From the human T2T-CHM13v2.0 reference genome, Homo sapiens, in assembly GCF_009914755.1 (NCBI RefSeq), contig NC_060929.1: a stretch of 64,000 bases of DNA, one strand, 5' to 3'. Within the stretch, counting starts at the first letter, position 1, and the number at the start of each line of letters is the position of its first letter. Made by a program: the position numbers and the translations under genes. This document shows positions 19,139 to 34,929 of the stretch, piece by piece. Below the pieces are notes generated by a model, which did not search any database, was not told where the DNA came from, and was given only the letters and a program-made list of their open reading frames with translations.

Positions 19139-19859
19139 CTCTAGAAGGTACATCTACCTAATTGCAGCTTCCATATTTAAATCATCCCTTCATCTTCTTT
19201 CGTGTAACTAGGCTAAACTCACTTCCCTAGATACTTCCTCACAGAAAGAAATTTCCATCCATCTGGAAATTGTACTGGTTAAATTATTTTCAAGAACCAG
19301 GTCATAACTATAGTTTCAGCTGTCCATGTAGCAATCCTCCTACCTTTCTTCACCTAGTCATTACCTCCTGATCAAAGCAACTTGACAGTTTTCTGTTGTG
19401 GTCTCTATTTTACCAACCTGCAATAACGTTTTACTACTGAGTCAGGAACCTTCCAGACTTCACTGGTATTTTGAACAAAGCATAATCACTGATTCATGGT
19501 CTTTAACTGAATTGGAAGGGTCAGACATTAAGGCATTATTTCATTTCTCTTCCACCATCATTTGGCTGTTACAGCTAGTTTATCACAGCTAGGGACAGTG
19601 TCAAATTACTCTCAAATTTTCTGCTTTAACTTTAAAGATAACCACTCTACCTCCTTTCTGTCTTTACTTCAAACTTACATTTTCATTTTGTACTTACGTA
19701 AACAAATTATTCAAGATTTTCCAACATTTAGAAAAGTTTCAGTGCTAACTGGAATTTAATTCCTTTAGAAAGAAAATCAGTCAGCAGCTATATCAAAAAT
19801 ACACTATTTCAAACCTCTGTATCTGGAGGGCTAGCAAAAAAGAATTCTTTTCCTGCCAG

Positions 19860-20000
19860 TAATAACAGCAACCACTAACATCTATTGAATGCTTACTATA
19901 TATCAGCCATTGTTAAGTACTTTTTGCACATTATTTGATTTTAGAGATGAAGAAACAGGCTTAGCGACGTCAAGGGGCTTGTTCAAAATCACAGTGGTAG
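19860..20000 (-). mobile_element. MIR fragment
   Basis: tattgaatgcttactat...ttttagagatgaagaaacaggcttag. Confidence 0.65.
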
Positions 20001-20604
20001 TTGTTCCCGAGTCGATGTGCCTTACCTAGGCAGAGGATAATATACAAATCACCTATTAATTAATCTACCTCAACATGTATTGTATATGAAGAAATAACTT
20101 GAAAAAGAAAAAAGCATTTTCAGTTTTTACAACGTAATCTTAGTTCTGTGGAATTTCACCATTGTATTTCATAGGCATTCTTCGTCCTTATCGACTGCTG
20201 AACTTGCTATCTCTGTTTTCTGAATGTTACTAGTAGTGGTATTGAGATCTACCACCCTTCTTTCAGCTTTGGGCTGAAAGTTATGGATAACTTTCACTAA
20301 AACTAGACTAAAAGTTAGGAATATTTATCAATTATCCTAATAAAAAGGATGGAGGTAGGGTAGGCTCCAGGTACAGGACGTTAAGGTTTAGGATCCACTT
20401 TTTTACTTTTGGTTCACTTTTGGGTTTTCTTTGTATTAGCTAATTCATCAGAATTGCTTCCTGCAGAAACCAGGGAAATACTTCCTTTTTTGTATTTGGC
20501 TTCAAAAAACAACAAAAAAAATGCAAAACAGAATTCTTCCTCAGGTATGTGCTAAAGTCTTTCCTTTAGCCCAATGGGCCAGCTTTAGTCATCTGCCCAC
20601 CCTT

Positions 20605-22355
20605 GGGAAGAAAAACAGCATATGATCTTTTCAATCAATCCACTGAAAAAAATCTTATGAAAAAATCCAACACTCACTTGTAATAAAACAAAATCTTAGG
20701 GCTTTAGTCATAGAAAGCACTTCCTTTGCCTGATAAAATGAATCTAGACAAAATTTATAGTGGTAACCAATAACAATTCCTACTGGAGAAACTACAGGAG
20801 CTTTCTCAAAAAATAAATATTGTACTGAAGGCTCAAAGCATGTAATAAGAAAAATTAAAAAACAGGCATAATTGAAAAGTTAAAGGCAAAAGTGAAATTA
20901 TTTGCAGAAAATATTATCTACACAGAAATTGTATAAGAACATCTATAAGCCATTAAACTAATAACAGGATTAAGAAGAGTTATGATTTTACACTTATACT
21001 GAAAAAAATAAGAGCATTCATATACACTAGCATAATTAAGAAATGTAAGAGAAAATATTCATAATAGTAGCAAATATTGTATTTAGGAAAAACTTTAACA
21101 AATTATAAGGAAAAACAAATTCAGAGTATTATGAAAAAAACATGAAAGGTAAAAGATATAAATTATACATATGATGTTAGATGAAAAGCCATAATATTAA
21201 AGGTGTCAACATATCTCCAAGTTATAAATCTAGTGTAATATCAATTTTTAAATCTCAACAAACCTAGACAAAAACTAAACTGACACTGAAATTCATAAAG
21301 AACAAAAGTCATCACCAAACGTAAAGCCAAGCTACAAATAGAGAGGTACATATATATCTGCCAAGTTTAGTGTCCAAAACGTGACAAAAATCTTGCAAAT
21401 CAATAGAAGAAAGAAAAACAACACTCGTAATCCCTGGAAAATAGGAAAAGAATATGAACAGGCAATGCCCAGATTATAAAGCATAAATGACTAATTAATG
21501 TATGAAAAATGCTCAATATCTTTAATGATCAAGAAAATGCAAAAATAAAGCAATAATGAGACAATATGGGATAATCATATAATTGGCAAAAATGTAAATT
21601 TTGACAATACCAAATATTGGCAAGTTTCTAGGGAAATGGGCTCATAAATCATAAGTGGTGAGTATACATTTGTATAACTGGTTTGAAGAAGCATTATGTT
21701 TTTGAACTGCTTTGAAGAGCAATAACATCTAATAAACTTGACAAGTTTGCTGCTAGGAATAAATTGCAGAGAAAAATCTTACACATGTACCCCCAGAGGC
21801 ATGTACAAAATTGCTAGTTACAACATTAATTGTAATACCAAAATACAAAATGGAAGAATTAATCTTTACTCATAAAGAATAATGAAAAATAAATTGCAAA
21901 TGATACTATATTATGATTAAAATAAAATAACTAGATTGAAATATAGTCACATTAAACATATTCCAAACAAAAACTTAGTGAAAAATTATAACTACCGTGG
22001 TATAACTTATGAAATTTTGAATACTTACACAACCAAAATATATACTATTATTTACCTATACACTATTATGGACATATTGTAAATACATTATATTTCTATA
22101 ATAGACATGGACTTAAGGAATATGTACCAAATTCAGGCTAATAGTTCTTTTGCGGGAAGGGAGGAGGGAAATGGGACTGAGGGGGATAAATGTAATCAAC
22201 TTTTTAATATTCTGTTTCTTCTATTAAGAACATATCTGAAGCAAAAGCAAGAAAATGTTAGTATTTGTTATTTTGGATGGTGGATTCATGGATATCTCTT
22301 AAGCTAGTTTCTGTACTTCTCTGTATTTCTACAGCTTCCAAAAAATGTTTTAAAG
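20605..22355 (+). mobile_element. Old L1ME-type 3' half, highly decayed
   Basis: A-rich and colinear with the ORF2 RT-to-3'UTR region (catatgatcttttcaat; tatgaacaggcaat; tgacaataccaaatattggcaag). Confidence 0.75.
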
Positions 22356-23139
22356 TGCCAAATAGTTTAAACAGGATGATAATTATAGGCTAAATAAAAA
22401 TAAAAGGCCAAAAATGAAATGTCTACTTATTTTGCAATCCTTCTTTCCCCCCAGACATGAATGAGTGAAGTAACTCTGTTAATATAGTTTGAACTTAATC
22501 TCATGTTGGATCTGGAGGCTTATAAACATATATATTTGCATCTATCATATAATGCCTTGATTCTTCCCAAAGTCAATGAAAAACAAAGTATTTGTTTTTA
22601 CCAAAATATGCAAACAGTCTGAGAACCATTGCTTTACAAACTTTACTTCCAAGAGCTACTATCTCTGCTTTTGTTTAATTTACCATTAAGATTGAGTTCT
22701 ATGATGCAGTAGACATGTACTAGCTAATTTTAGAAACCCCGGGATGTCTCTGATTTTTAAAAATGCTTATATTTAGCAGATAAAAATATGAGCCTCTCAA
22801 AAAACTCTCTGAAGTGTCCATGCCCAAAGAGGCCCTCACTCTCTCAACTTTTTTCCCTATTTCTCTTTAACCAAGATTCTTTCCAGGTAAGGCAAAGTCA
22901 CTTAGAAGAAATTTGAAGGTACATTTTCTCTTTAAGAATAACACTACTTTATACTTGGCATTTGCAGCCAGTCACACCCCAATAACCATGACAGAGCAAG
23001 CCCTTGAAATAGGATTCCCCCAGAAACAATAAAGTTTATAATCCAGTAAAGCCTGCAGATAATTTTCTCAAATTCTTCCAGGGGCAACAAATCCCTAACA
23101 TAATTAATTTGTAGCCCTCTCTTGAATGTTACTGTTGTT

Positions 23140-23710
23140 ACTTTTTATTTTGAAATCATTTCAGATTTACAAAATATTGCAAGAAGAGTACAAAAAACTG
23201 TTAGGCATTTACCTACACACGCACACAGACACACACATATACACACTTAATTTTTCAGAGCCATTTGGCAGTAAGTTGCAGATATTATGTCTTTTTAACC
23301 CTAAATACTTTAATGTGCGTTTTCTAAGAACAAGGACATTTCACTTACATAATCATACTAAAAATATGAATATCAAGAAATTAGTATTTATCCAATGTTA
23401 TTAATCTATAAGCCTTATTAATACTTTGCCAATTACCACAATAATATCCTCTGTAGTAAATATATATATTTATATTTATGTATACATTGGACTGTCTGGT
23501 ACTGAGTCCAATCCAGGATCCCACATTCCATTTAGTTATCAAGTCTCTTTAGTTTTCTTTAATCCGGACAATTCCTGAGTCTGTCTTTGTTGTTTACCAT
23601 TACCTTGACATTTTTGAAAATTTTGAAGAGTACAGGCCAATTATTTGGTAAAATCTTTCTCAGTTTGAGTTTGTCTGATGTTTCCTTGTGAAAACATGGA
23701 GGTCTTGCAG
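23140..23710 (-). mobile_element. L1MC4/5-like 3' end
   Basis: ttttattttgaaatcatttcagatttaca; gtaagttgcaga; ctaagaacaaggacatt; ttttgaagagtacaggcca. Confidence 0.75.
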
Positions 23711-23739
23711 GAACATTTGTATCCTGTTCTCTCATTGTT

Positions 23740-24900
23740 TCCTGCCTCCTGTTACATGTGCACTCATCCCTTTATTTCAGCATTTCTGAATCACTTCGGT
23801 TTACATGTGTCCCTTTTATAAATTATTTAGTTGGATCTTGCTTTGCAAGCAAAGCTGAAAATAATTTTTATTTTAATAAATGAATTAAGCTCATTCATAT
23901 TTATTGATATGACATATATTTGGTCTCAACACTGTCATATTACTTTATGTTCTAAATACTATATATAGTATTTACTGTATATTTTCTCAGCATTTGCTAA
24001 GAATTCCTTGAGTTCTTACATGTTTAAAATGGCTTTTTCTTTTCATCTTGATATTTGAAGGCTATCTTGGCTGGATATAAAATCCTTGGCTCACACTTTC
24101 CTTAATTAAGTGTCTTGAAACTACTGCTTCATTGTTGCTTTTCTTTAAGTCTCCAGACTTCGTAAGTCATTAGATCTTTTTGTCTGAGGATACTGGGACT
24201 TTAAAGTCCAAACATTTCACTAGACTATGCCTCAGATTAAATCATTTGATATCAATTTTTCCAAGTACTTTTTCCATGTCAGTTTTCCCAAGTAGGCCCT
24301 TTCAATATGTAAATATGTTTTCTTTTATTACTGAAATATTATCTTAGATTATTGCTTTAAATGTTAGTCCTGTTTCATTCCTTTGTTTTTCACCTTTGAG
24401 ACTTCAGTTAATCATATATTGGATCTTTGCCTATTTTTCATTTCAAACACTTTCTTATGACCCTTTTTCTTTCATTTTTTATTGTGCTTTCATACTTTTG
24501 GTTATTTATCTGCTGTTCTGCATTAACCCTTATTACATTTTACCTAATTTAATCTTCATTGACACATTATTTAGTCTCTTTTTTTGTATTTCTTTTCTGA
24601 GTGGAATAAATAAATTCTCATTTCATTTCATCCATTTTTCCCCACATCTGCTCTTAGAAAATTGATTTAAGGCACATTTTTTATATTGCCAAATGTTTAT
24701 TTGAGAATATTTAATTTAGTTTGTAGAGTTACACGACAATTTTCTGTTTTGTGGTTGATTTTTCTTTTAGAGATAATTCTCATCATATGAAATGTTTTGA
24801 TTCTAATTCTCTGTTTTCTTCTTAGTACAGATAAAGTATGCTTGCATCTCTGCATTTAGTAGCCAGGAACGACAATTTGGGAGGCTTACAAGATTCCTAG
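23740..24900 (-). mobile_element. Old L1M ORF1/ORF2-start remnant
   Basis: ttggctggatataaaatccttggctcacactttc and similar antisense ORF1-region motifs; boundaries approximate. Confidence 0.55.
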
Positions 24901-26354
24901 TTGCAGATCATTCTCTTATGTCAGTGAAGCAAAGCAGATGGCTTTTTAGTGTAGGGATAAATTGGAGAAAGGTTGCATTTAAAAAAAATTATTATTTACC
25001 CCTGTATTCTAAGTTTATCCTTCTTTATCCTTTTACTGTGCATTTTCCAAAGAGCTCTTTTCCCTTGCCTTTTACTCTCATCTCCCCATAAGTATTGCCT
25101 TAAAGTTCTCTCTTAAAGCTCAGTTTTCCTGCACTTTGCTCTCTGGAAATATTGGGGTGGGAAGTTAAGAAATAGCTCTACTGAAAATTGGTATTTATTT
25201 CTTTACTTATAAGAGATTGAACTGTGTATTGTATTCTAGTTTATTGTCATGTGGAAGAATAGGATTTGTGTGGCTTTAGTTGTTATTTTTGTTGATTTGC
25301 ATAGCTTTTAGAGGATACGTTGGAACATTCAGATTTAGGTAGCCACCATTCCTTGGCTATCTCCTTGCATTCTTTTTTAATAGACCAGAACTATTTTTAA
25401 TATTAAATTACATGTACACATTTTCTCTACCATCTTCACATTGATGAAATAAATGACTGTGACATCTGAATTATACATTTAGTTGCCTTGGGTGTCTACT
25501 TTACATTACATATGACAACACAGTTAAACAAACATGAATTTCAACATACTCCAAGCAGGTATGATGCAGTCATTTAACACTACAAAAGCCCAGGAAAAAG
25601 TTATGATAAAATACTTCAAAAATGTGCTATGGAGAATACCACATCTTTCTTTTATTCCATGTCTTTAAGAAAAATAACAAATAAAAAGATAATTTGCTGT
25701 AATTTAATGTACTGTTCTGAGTACTTAAAAGTCTACTTAGCTCTCAAATTGTTCCTTAGAACCTGCATTGTTTTGCTTCCCCATCTGCTCTTGATGTCTT
25801 CAAATCCCCATATTGATGGAAAAAAATAAGTTTTTGAAATATTAACCATGCCAAGGAATTTCTCAAAATATTATTTTGCAGTAGATTGTACAGCCTCTTA
25901 ACATTTATTTGTTAACTTCAACTCAAATATTAATACATATAATTCAATATAACCAAAATACTCAGTGATTTTCAGTTGTCAGTCTCTCTAGGTATCCCTT
26001 TTTCAGTTCCCAACCATACTTCTTCTGACCCTTTACCCCTCAGACCTGGAATGTTTCTCAAAGAAGAAAGTCTACACAAGTCCTTATCAAACATTTGCTA
26101 TGAATATTTGGGGATACCCTGCAATAATGCCCAGGGAGGGTAACAGTCAGCTTCAATATCTTATAATAAATTCTACAGAAAATTCACAAAATCTCCATTA
26201 TCAAGATAAGCCAGTTTTATAAATTAACTAAAAAACCCATGCTCTCTACTAAAAATATGAGGAAAATATAATAGATTCAAAATGCATTTGGTTGATCCAA
26301 TACATTGAGTTTATATGTTTCATTCCCCATTCCCACCACTGTTTATTTCCCCTG

Positions 26355-26792
26355 TGTAGAGGGATATTGATCCATACCCACCGACATCCCCTCAATACTC
26401 ACCATACCAATGCACGCCAATGGTTTCTTAATGTAATTGTCCACAATTCTATGACTGAAGGCTTTCTTTGGCCATAGAAACTAGAATGCAGCCCTTTCCC
26501 AGGACAGACTCAAACAGCTCACTCCCAGGAGAAAACCTCAATCACACACAGAAGTTAATAAATAAATAGACTAGATTCCCTTGGATGGAACAACTCTGAT
26601 GCATACTCTACATTGCCTTTCAAAGGTCCCCATCAAGCACTGAGCCATAGTTGCCTGTAATGATTAGATATTCTTTCTAAGCTCACATCCTCCTTTTCCA
26701 ACCAGTACTTCCTGGAATCATCTCTCAAATAAATTATTTTCACTGATATCATTGTCTCATGATCTGCTTATGGGAGAACCCATCCTAAGACA
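26355..26792 (+). mobile_element. ERVL LTR16-like solo LTR
   Basis: TG...CA ends; 3' part cttcctggaatcatctctcaaataaattat...tgtctcatgatctgctt...ggagaacccatcctaagaca. Confidence 0.7.
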
Positions 26793-27049
26793 TATCTTCA
26801 TGAATCCCATAAAAATTTATATTCTATATTCCTTTTCTAAGGCCTGTTATCCAACAGCAAGGACCAAAGACAGTAATTTTTACCTTCTGGGATATCAAGG
26901 TCTATGGAAGGGATCTCAGTCTATACTGTCCAGATTTATGGCTATTTAGCTCCAGGGACTTCAATTCACTTGAAAGTTTCCAAAATCCATGGAAGCTATC
27001 AGCCATTTAAAAGGTGCTGAGTGGCTTCATATGGAAGCATATTTATTAT

Positions 27050-27250
27050 CTAGCCTTGGTAAGATATATAGACTGTGAATATTATACCCAGAAAACATCA
27101 GTCTGAACTCTGACACCAAACAGTCAACTAGTCTTGAAAAAAAAATTATTTCACCTGTCTAACATCAGTATTCTAATCCACAAAATGAAAAGTTGAAATA
27201 GATGCTCCCTCAGCAGCTCTCCAGCTGTTAGGTTCCATGATTCTGATTCT
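27050..27250 (+). mobile_element. MIR3-like fragment
   Basis: caaaatgaaaagttgaaatagatgctc...tccagctgttaggttccatgattctga. Confidence 0.55.
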
Positions 27251-27323
27251 AAATAGGTCTCTGAAGTCCATTACATGTGACACATTTTTTTCTTAATTTT
27301 TTTTCTTAGAAGATAAACTTAAG

Positions 27324-27676
<353 letters not shown>

Positions 27677-29299
27677 TCAAAACCAATTTATTAATTCAAA
27701 TTTAGTGTTAATTCATCCAGACACACCTCAGTTTCCTCTGATCATTTTCTAAATTACAGTAGTTCATACAATGCTAAAACACTCTCCTTATCATTAGGCA
27801 GAAATTTTAGGTATACTTCCACTCAGCCACCTAGAAGCATTTCTGTGTTTTTCAGTTACTGGAAACAAGAAGAGATTACATAGAGAATCTATGCATTTGG
27901 ACCAATCTAAATTCATGGGATGAATCTTCTCCAGTTACCTAACAGGTGTCACACAGAAGAGTTTGTCAATGATAATTAAACTCCTTTTCTGATCTGAACT
28001 GAGAAACTGAGCTTTGAAATCAGTTTCTCTTGAGTGGAGCACAACGATACAAGGAAGAATCTGACATAGAATGAAGGAAAAGGAATCAAAGTGAACTAGT
28101 GTTACAGAAAACAAATTACATTTGTAAACTTAGCAGAGTGCAGGAACATTAGATCTTGAGAAGGAAGAGAGGCAAACAAGAGTAGAAAAAGGTAGGACAG
28201 TGAAATGGTTTGCAATCTTTTAACCACAAGAGTAAAAAGAGCTAATAACATAGTGGAAATCAGACCAAACAGAGCTAACAGCTGAGATTAAATAGCACCA
28301 CACTTATTCCACTCACAGTTGTCCTGGCACTTGAATCTCCCCCTTATAACAATTGATTTTAAAATAGAAAGTTTATTAAAGTGAAGCAAAGAGTAATTCC
28401 TAGTGAGCTATTTCTGAAGAAAGATCTGGGGAAGACTTTAGGGAGGAGTTTGGAATATAGAACAAGGAGAACAAAGGGCAAGAATATAGCATGTGTTAAA
28501 GAATAAGTTTGAGCCTGCATACACAAAAAGGGAAAGATAGAGATCTTCTAATGCTTCTTCTGTTTTAGAAGAAAACAGACTAGTTTTAAGCAATAAACAA
28601 CATCTTTACCATCAACACTTGGTCTACTCATCTATTTGCTTCTTGGAAAAAAAAACCCGAAAACTCGGAACTCTGAATAAGAAAAGGTAAATATGTCATT
28701 CTCAGTATGAAAAGGCTCAGAGCGATGTAGGCCTGTTGGTTGGTTTACTTTCTGCACCCTTGACTTCATCTTAGAAAGTAAGCCAAGTGACTCAATACAG
28801 TAAGACAATTGCTGTTACTGTCTGAAAAGTTTAAGCTAATGATAATTTTTTTTTTTGATCTTTGGAATTTGACATTAAAAGTCATACTAAGACAAGGATC
28901 AGGTCTAAAAGCAAAAGGCAAACAGATCTGTCAGATTGGAATGGTTCCCTCAGTCAGCCACACAGCTCATAATCTTCAGAGCTACTTGGCCACAGAGAGC
29001 CAGTACAGCAGTCATGGCTGGCCTGAGCAATGCATGCAATTCACTGAAGAAATTTGCTGGTCAATCTGGGTAGCTACATGCAAAAATTGCCAACATCTGT
29101 ATAAGCGAAAAAGGAAAAATGGAACTAATAAGGGAAATCAGGACCTAGGTTGAAATCAGCTTTCCAATTTACCAGAAAATTTGTTCCATTTTATTTTACT
29201 TTTGTATATAAAGCCTGGCAGATGCAATCTTTGAACAAATTTATAGCTGATGAGAGTCATCCTGGTATAATCGCTAAAACATAGATTTTTTAAAAAATC

Positions 29300-29520
29300 A
29301 AACAATCTAGCTTTAGTTTTTGGCTCAGCCACTTAGCTATGTGATCTTAGACAATTTATTTCATCTCTCTAAATCTCAATTTACTTTCCATGTAAAATGA
29401 GGATAATAATCCCTTCTTTGCAAGGTTAAATGAGGGGATGAGCTTAAAGCATCTATAGAGTAGGGATTTATTACATGGTAACAGTGGTGGTTGCAGGACT
29501 GATTAATAATAATTGATAAT
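29300..29520 (+). mobile_element. MIR
   Basis: ggctcagccacttagctatgtgatcttagacaa...tgtaaaatgaggataataat. Confidence 0.75.
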
Positions 29521-32500
29521 TGTTTTTACTTCTGTTATTATGAGGATGTCATTTTCACATTTTTTCCAATGATCATATTACCCCTTTATGGATAAAAACA
29601 GTGCTCTGATATTTTTTGGTTTATTCCTGGCTTTACCTCATTGGGGAGGGAAGGAGAAGGAGGATGACCTAAAATCCAATATTTCCAGGATTCTCAGAGA
29701 ATCATTAATTAGTTACCTGAGTTTGGATTTCCAGGTTCTTACTTGAGCCAGCTAAGACTGGAAGTTTCCCAAGTCAAATTCAATATCCACTTCAGATAAA
29801 ATGAGAGATAGTGAGAGAATATCTTGGTCTCTGTGCTAAGGGTCTTAATGTAAACCAAGACCAGAAACAAATAAATACAATGTAGTTTTACATTATGAAG
29901 AAATCCTGCTCCAAGTTCTAATTTTTGTTGAGTATCTTAAGGAACATGTTAATGTTTCATTTAATGACAGTGTTAGTTTCCACAGTAAACATATAATGTC
30001 ACATAGCTTGTGCTTTACAGCAGCCTGAGAGTGAAAGGGAGGCTAACCTAAACATGTGGGGTGGGGAACAGGAGTAGGCAGAGTACTGACTTCAATAGTG
30101 GCTAACAAATAATGAACAATTCACAAAAGGATTATGGCAATTCAAGTTCCATTCCAGAAAGCCAGAAAATCAAATAAAGTGGTCCAAAATGGGAGAAGCG
30201 GGTCATGGAACCTCTTTGGTAATGGAAACAATAAGATAATCATTTGAGGGTCAGACTGTCTAAAGGAGTTTGTCTGAAAGTATGAACAGCAACTAGCCCA
30301 ATCCCTGGTATACAAGGCTAAATGTAATGAAACTGGCAAGCAGGCCTCATCCTGCTGGAGAGAATATAGTGATGAGCTGAAAAACTAGAGCCAGCCATGT
30401 GACATGTTACTCTGTACCAGTATTATTCAAGGAAACATGGGAGTGTTGCCCAGAGAGTTGTGAAAGAATAGAGACTTGCAGTCTCAGTCTGGGAGGAAAA
30501 GAAACATAATACACAAAGGTGCCCTGTCCCTGATTTGAAAAAATAGAAAGTATAATTCACAACCATCTGAATGCTCAACACAAACAGCTGAGATGGGGTT
30601 AAGCCAGAGCAAAGACTCACATTAAGCTAGACACGGCTCATTTGTGCATTCAGGTACATCTTATACTTTCTAATTTTGCTTGTTATATAATGGTGAGGAG
30701 AAGGAAACATTTTACTCTGTAATCATATTCTAGAATATAGAACATTAGGCTACATAGTTTATGTTGACTTATGAGTATTTGGATGCTATTTGGCTATTCA
30801 TAATGGGGGGAAAAAACATTTCAAACCTGCAATGTATAATGTGGCACAACTCACAGTTTTCCAAGCATACTGAGAAGGAAAATCATAGCCTAACTGAGGT
30901 ATGCCCTTACTTGTGCTGTTAGTACAAAGCTATTTGGGGGTTCAAAGTGAAAAGGAGATTTTGCTTGCTTTCATAAAAAGGTATTACTCCACTCCACTGT
31001 CATCCCAGAGAGATATAAGGAAATGTAAGTTGTAAGACTAAATTTTAATAAGCATGTTTGAACTTTTATATCTAAATGAATGTTTTCTTCTCCAAAACAG
31101 TTACTTTGGGACAGTCTATGCCAATTTCACAAGGCTGCCTACATTGAAGGTGTCAGTTATTTCCTTTCCATCCACAGTCCTTCTCTGATAACCTGTGTCA
31201 TCTACAGCCTGTGGAAGTGCAGCTTTATTTACTGTGTGTCCTTATACAAGTCAGTGGCTCAAGAGATCTTAAATGCAAAAGTCTGGCTGGAATTAAATGA
31301 AGCAAGACAAAGCTACTCCATCTTAGAATCTGCTTACTGGGGAATCCAAATTGTGACATGGGAAGTTACAAGAAGCTTTATTACAGATGGATAAAAGTTA
31401 GACATGTTAATGAAAAAATTTCCTTGGCAATTTAAAAGCTGGATTTTATCTAGATTTGGATCTAAAGCTCTTACAACTGCTACCTACAACCCAAATACCA
31501 AAGCATATTTCTATCAAAAGCAAAAAAAAAAGTGTATAAAGTCTTGTTCTTATTCTTAAAAATCATGTGAATTTTGCATCATATTAACATACATTTATTT
31601 GTTGTAATATTACATAATAATTTAAACAATAGTACTAATTTATTAACTTGTCCCCAAAATCTTCAAGTAAAATCAATAGAATCCCCCAGAAAAACTTGCC
31701 CTGTAGTCTTTGCATACCATCTTACCACTGTGTTCTACTCAAAAGAAAATATTTGAAATTCCTTGGCAACAGTTGAATGGGAGAGAGGGACAATGTAGAA
31801 AATGAGAAGATAGTAAACAATGTCACATAAAGAATCACAATTTCACCTTACAAGTTTGGGCCTAAAGACTTCATTTTCTGAAATGTTCTGGAATCAAACT
31901 GAAATAACCTGAATCCAAAGCACGAGAGTGACAGCACGTTCTTATTCTTTGTTTCTTTCATATTCCCTGTCCACCATAGGGGAAGGGAAGGGAACGGGGT
32001 CAGTATTGTCAATTTCATGAAAATCTTACTCCAACAACCAAAAAGTTCAAAGCTTGCTCTCAGTATCAAGTCAAATCAACCACCGTTGCCTTATTCCTCT
32101 GTTTATTCTAGGGATGCTAACCTGGAAGTGAAAGCAACTGAGATAAAACCTATAATACAAAAAGAAAAATAATGAATCCTAGGGGGAAGGCCATGTCAAG
32201 ATAAAAAAAAATAGTAACTCTTCTACTTCCTACATAAGCTTCACACTTTATGTCAGAGGCTGCTATAGAGAAACTGATAGCTCTTGAAGCTGTTCTTAAA
32301 AGTGCATCACTTAAGAAACAATTTGTCAGTCTACTAATTTTAACTGATGAAGTATTTAAATACTAGCTTCATGTAACTTTTCTGCTGTCCAATGTTAAAC
32401 TCATTTGCAATGACTTTTAATATTTATTAAATCCTAAAGCAATGTTGAGCACTCCAGAGTTTCTCTCATAGACCTTAAATCAGGCAAGAAGAAAAAAATG

Positions 32501-33149
32501 TCTCATTAATGATAGCACTCTTTGAAAGACTAAAAAGGGTACTACAATGTGGACATACACAACAATCCTGTAATTATTAATCATAACTTTTTTCATATTA
32601 TATGTTGGCATTTATCATTTTATAATTACAACATTGCTGATAATACTAGTGAGGTCTAGTTCTTTTATTGGTTAGGCCACCATCTTTGACTGAAAATATT
32701 AGCTTATCTTAGAGGTCTATTTGGCAATTGCTGAATATTGAGCAGGTGCTAAATCCTCAACAATCCAGGCTCCTAGGAAAATAAACAATTCTCAAGAAAA
32801 GACCATTCTATCTGATGTGAGAACTCTCTTTACCCTTTTCCTACAAGCCCAATTGAAATGTCTCTTGGAGATCCAATGATTTAGAAATATTCTCCTCCAA
32901 AGGAATCTTGGGCCTTGAGGTTTCTAGAATGACCCAACCTCCTTAGAAGCATTTCTAATTTTTAAAAAACTTAGTGTATAGCATTGCTTATTATATATTT
33001 ATAGAATTTATAAAATAAGAATTTCAGGGTCACAATCGTGAGCAAGTAGAGTAGGCTTCTACCTTGCTGGCTTTTAAAACGAAGGAAAGAGAAGAAAACA
33101 ATTGTCATGCTATGGGTTTTTAGAAGTGCTGTACCAATGCCAGGAAAAC

Positions 33150-33410
33150 CAAATGCAATAAGTGATTGTTGATTGCATCCAGGATAGAAAGCAAACAAAC
33201 AAAACTATAAAGAATACTCTAGGGGTGATTAAGAAAATTTGAATATGAACTTTACATTAGAAAATATAATTGTATTAATATTAAATTTCTTGAGTGGAAA
33301 ATGGTATTATAGTAAAGTAAAATAATATTGTTCTTAGATAACAGATTCTTAATTATTGGGGGATGCGATTAAACTGTCAGGTTGTCTGTGATTTACATTC
33401 AAATGATCTT
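33150..33410 (+). mobile_element. L1MC-like 3'UTR fragment
   Basis: aaatgcaat...gaaaatttgaatatgaac...ttaaatttcttgagtg...ttgttcttag. Confidence 0.6.
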
Positions 33411-33966
33411 ACTTATAATTTCTTTTGAAATAGCAATATTGCCGAAAGCTCAGGCATCTTGATACTTTGAAAGAAATTGGAATCTGATATCAAGAACAAC
33501 AGAATATCGATGCAGAAATTTGAAATGAAGGATTTAAAAGATAATCTAAAGAAGAAAGTTTTGCACTAACATTTTGGATTCATGACAAAAGGAAAAGGTT
33601 GGAGAGAAAGGGGTCAGTCTAGGGAAAGTCACAATAGAATCTATTTATGAGATGCTTCTTCATGTTGAAAGGAAAAGAAAGGGCTCAAAGGGGCCTCAGA
33701 TTTTTTTAGACAATGGCTAAGTGAAGGGATAGAGAAAATAGTGCAGCAATTTTTTTGCCAACTGCAAAAATTTGAAGTCATCCCAAATGACCTAGCTCTC
33801 TTTTCATTACAGTAAACTGGCTCCTTATACTTATAGTTCCTTGAATCATTTTGCCATGCTTTATCAACATGTACCAGGAAAATACTGAATCCCTTTCAGA
33901 TGAATAACAGGGTGCCATATTCCACCCCAGATCCCATTTTCTGCCTGTTTCTTTCATCTGTGTTAA

Positions 33967-34212
33967 GTAATAATACCTACCGCTTATTATAAGCCCATCT
34001 TGTCAGACACGGGGCTAGGCATTTTATCTATATCTTATCAACAACCCAACAACTATCCTATTAAGTAAGAATTACTGTCCCACATTTGATAGCTGAGGAA
34101 GCAGAAGGTTAGAGATGAAGCAGTATGTCCAAGTCCACCCTAAAAGTGCTGGCTAGAATTCAAACCCTAGTGTGACATCGACGCTCTTCCCAACTAAATT
34201 TATTGCCTCCTG
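33967..34212 (-). mobile_element. MIR
   Basis: tgtcagacacggggctaggcatttta...ctgaggaagcagaagg...gaattcaaaccc. Confidence 0.75.
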
Positions 34213-34929
34213 ACAGTCTAACATACTTAGACTCCCATTATGTTCCTGCCTTCCTGGCTGGTCTGGCTTTCAGGTGACAGACACTAATCCTGCATGGCAC
34301 TCCTCACTTGCTCTTTCCATGGTTGCCCATAATCTGTCACTGACAGCAGCTTAAAGAAGCTCCCAGATTCTCAGAGATAATGATACTGGAAATATGCGGG
34401 ACTAACTACTCCTTATGTGGACCTACTGTCCTTGGAGGACACAGGAGGTTGGGAGAATCAGTGCTTTAGTACAGGCTTCCCTTCTCCAGATCTGTTTACC
34501 CACATATGGTTCTATTAATCTTCTCCACATAATCATATCCAATATGTTTTTCTGCTCTTTCAATAAAGGAGAATTAATCGATAGTAATTATAATTCTCTA
34601 ATTAGTTTCTTAATGAAATTTTAATAGAACAGTACAAAACCGTAGACATACTTTTCAATAGTTAGAAAAAATTTTCCATATAAACTCAAAATGGCTTGCT
34701 TGTCCTTATATGTTCCTGCAGGATATTTTTAGTATTAATTGAGTCATCAAATCAAGTTTATTCACATTTTCCACTCTGTTTAAATTCCATTAATGTCTTA
34801 CCTCCCTTTAGCATATATTTCTCTGCCAACTTCTCATATCTGATTTGTTTCAATCGCTTGTCTCTGATTATTTAACACCACCTATGTCACTTTGCAGTAC
34901 CTAGTTGGCTTTTTAAAAATATTATCAAC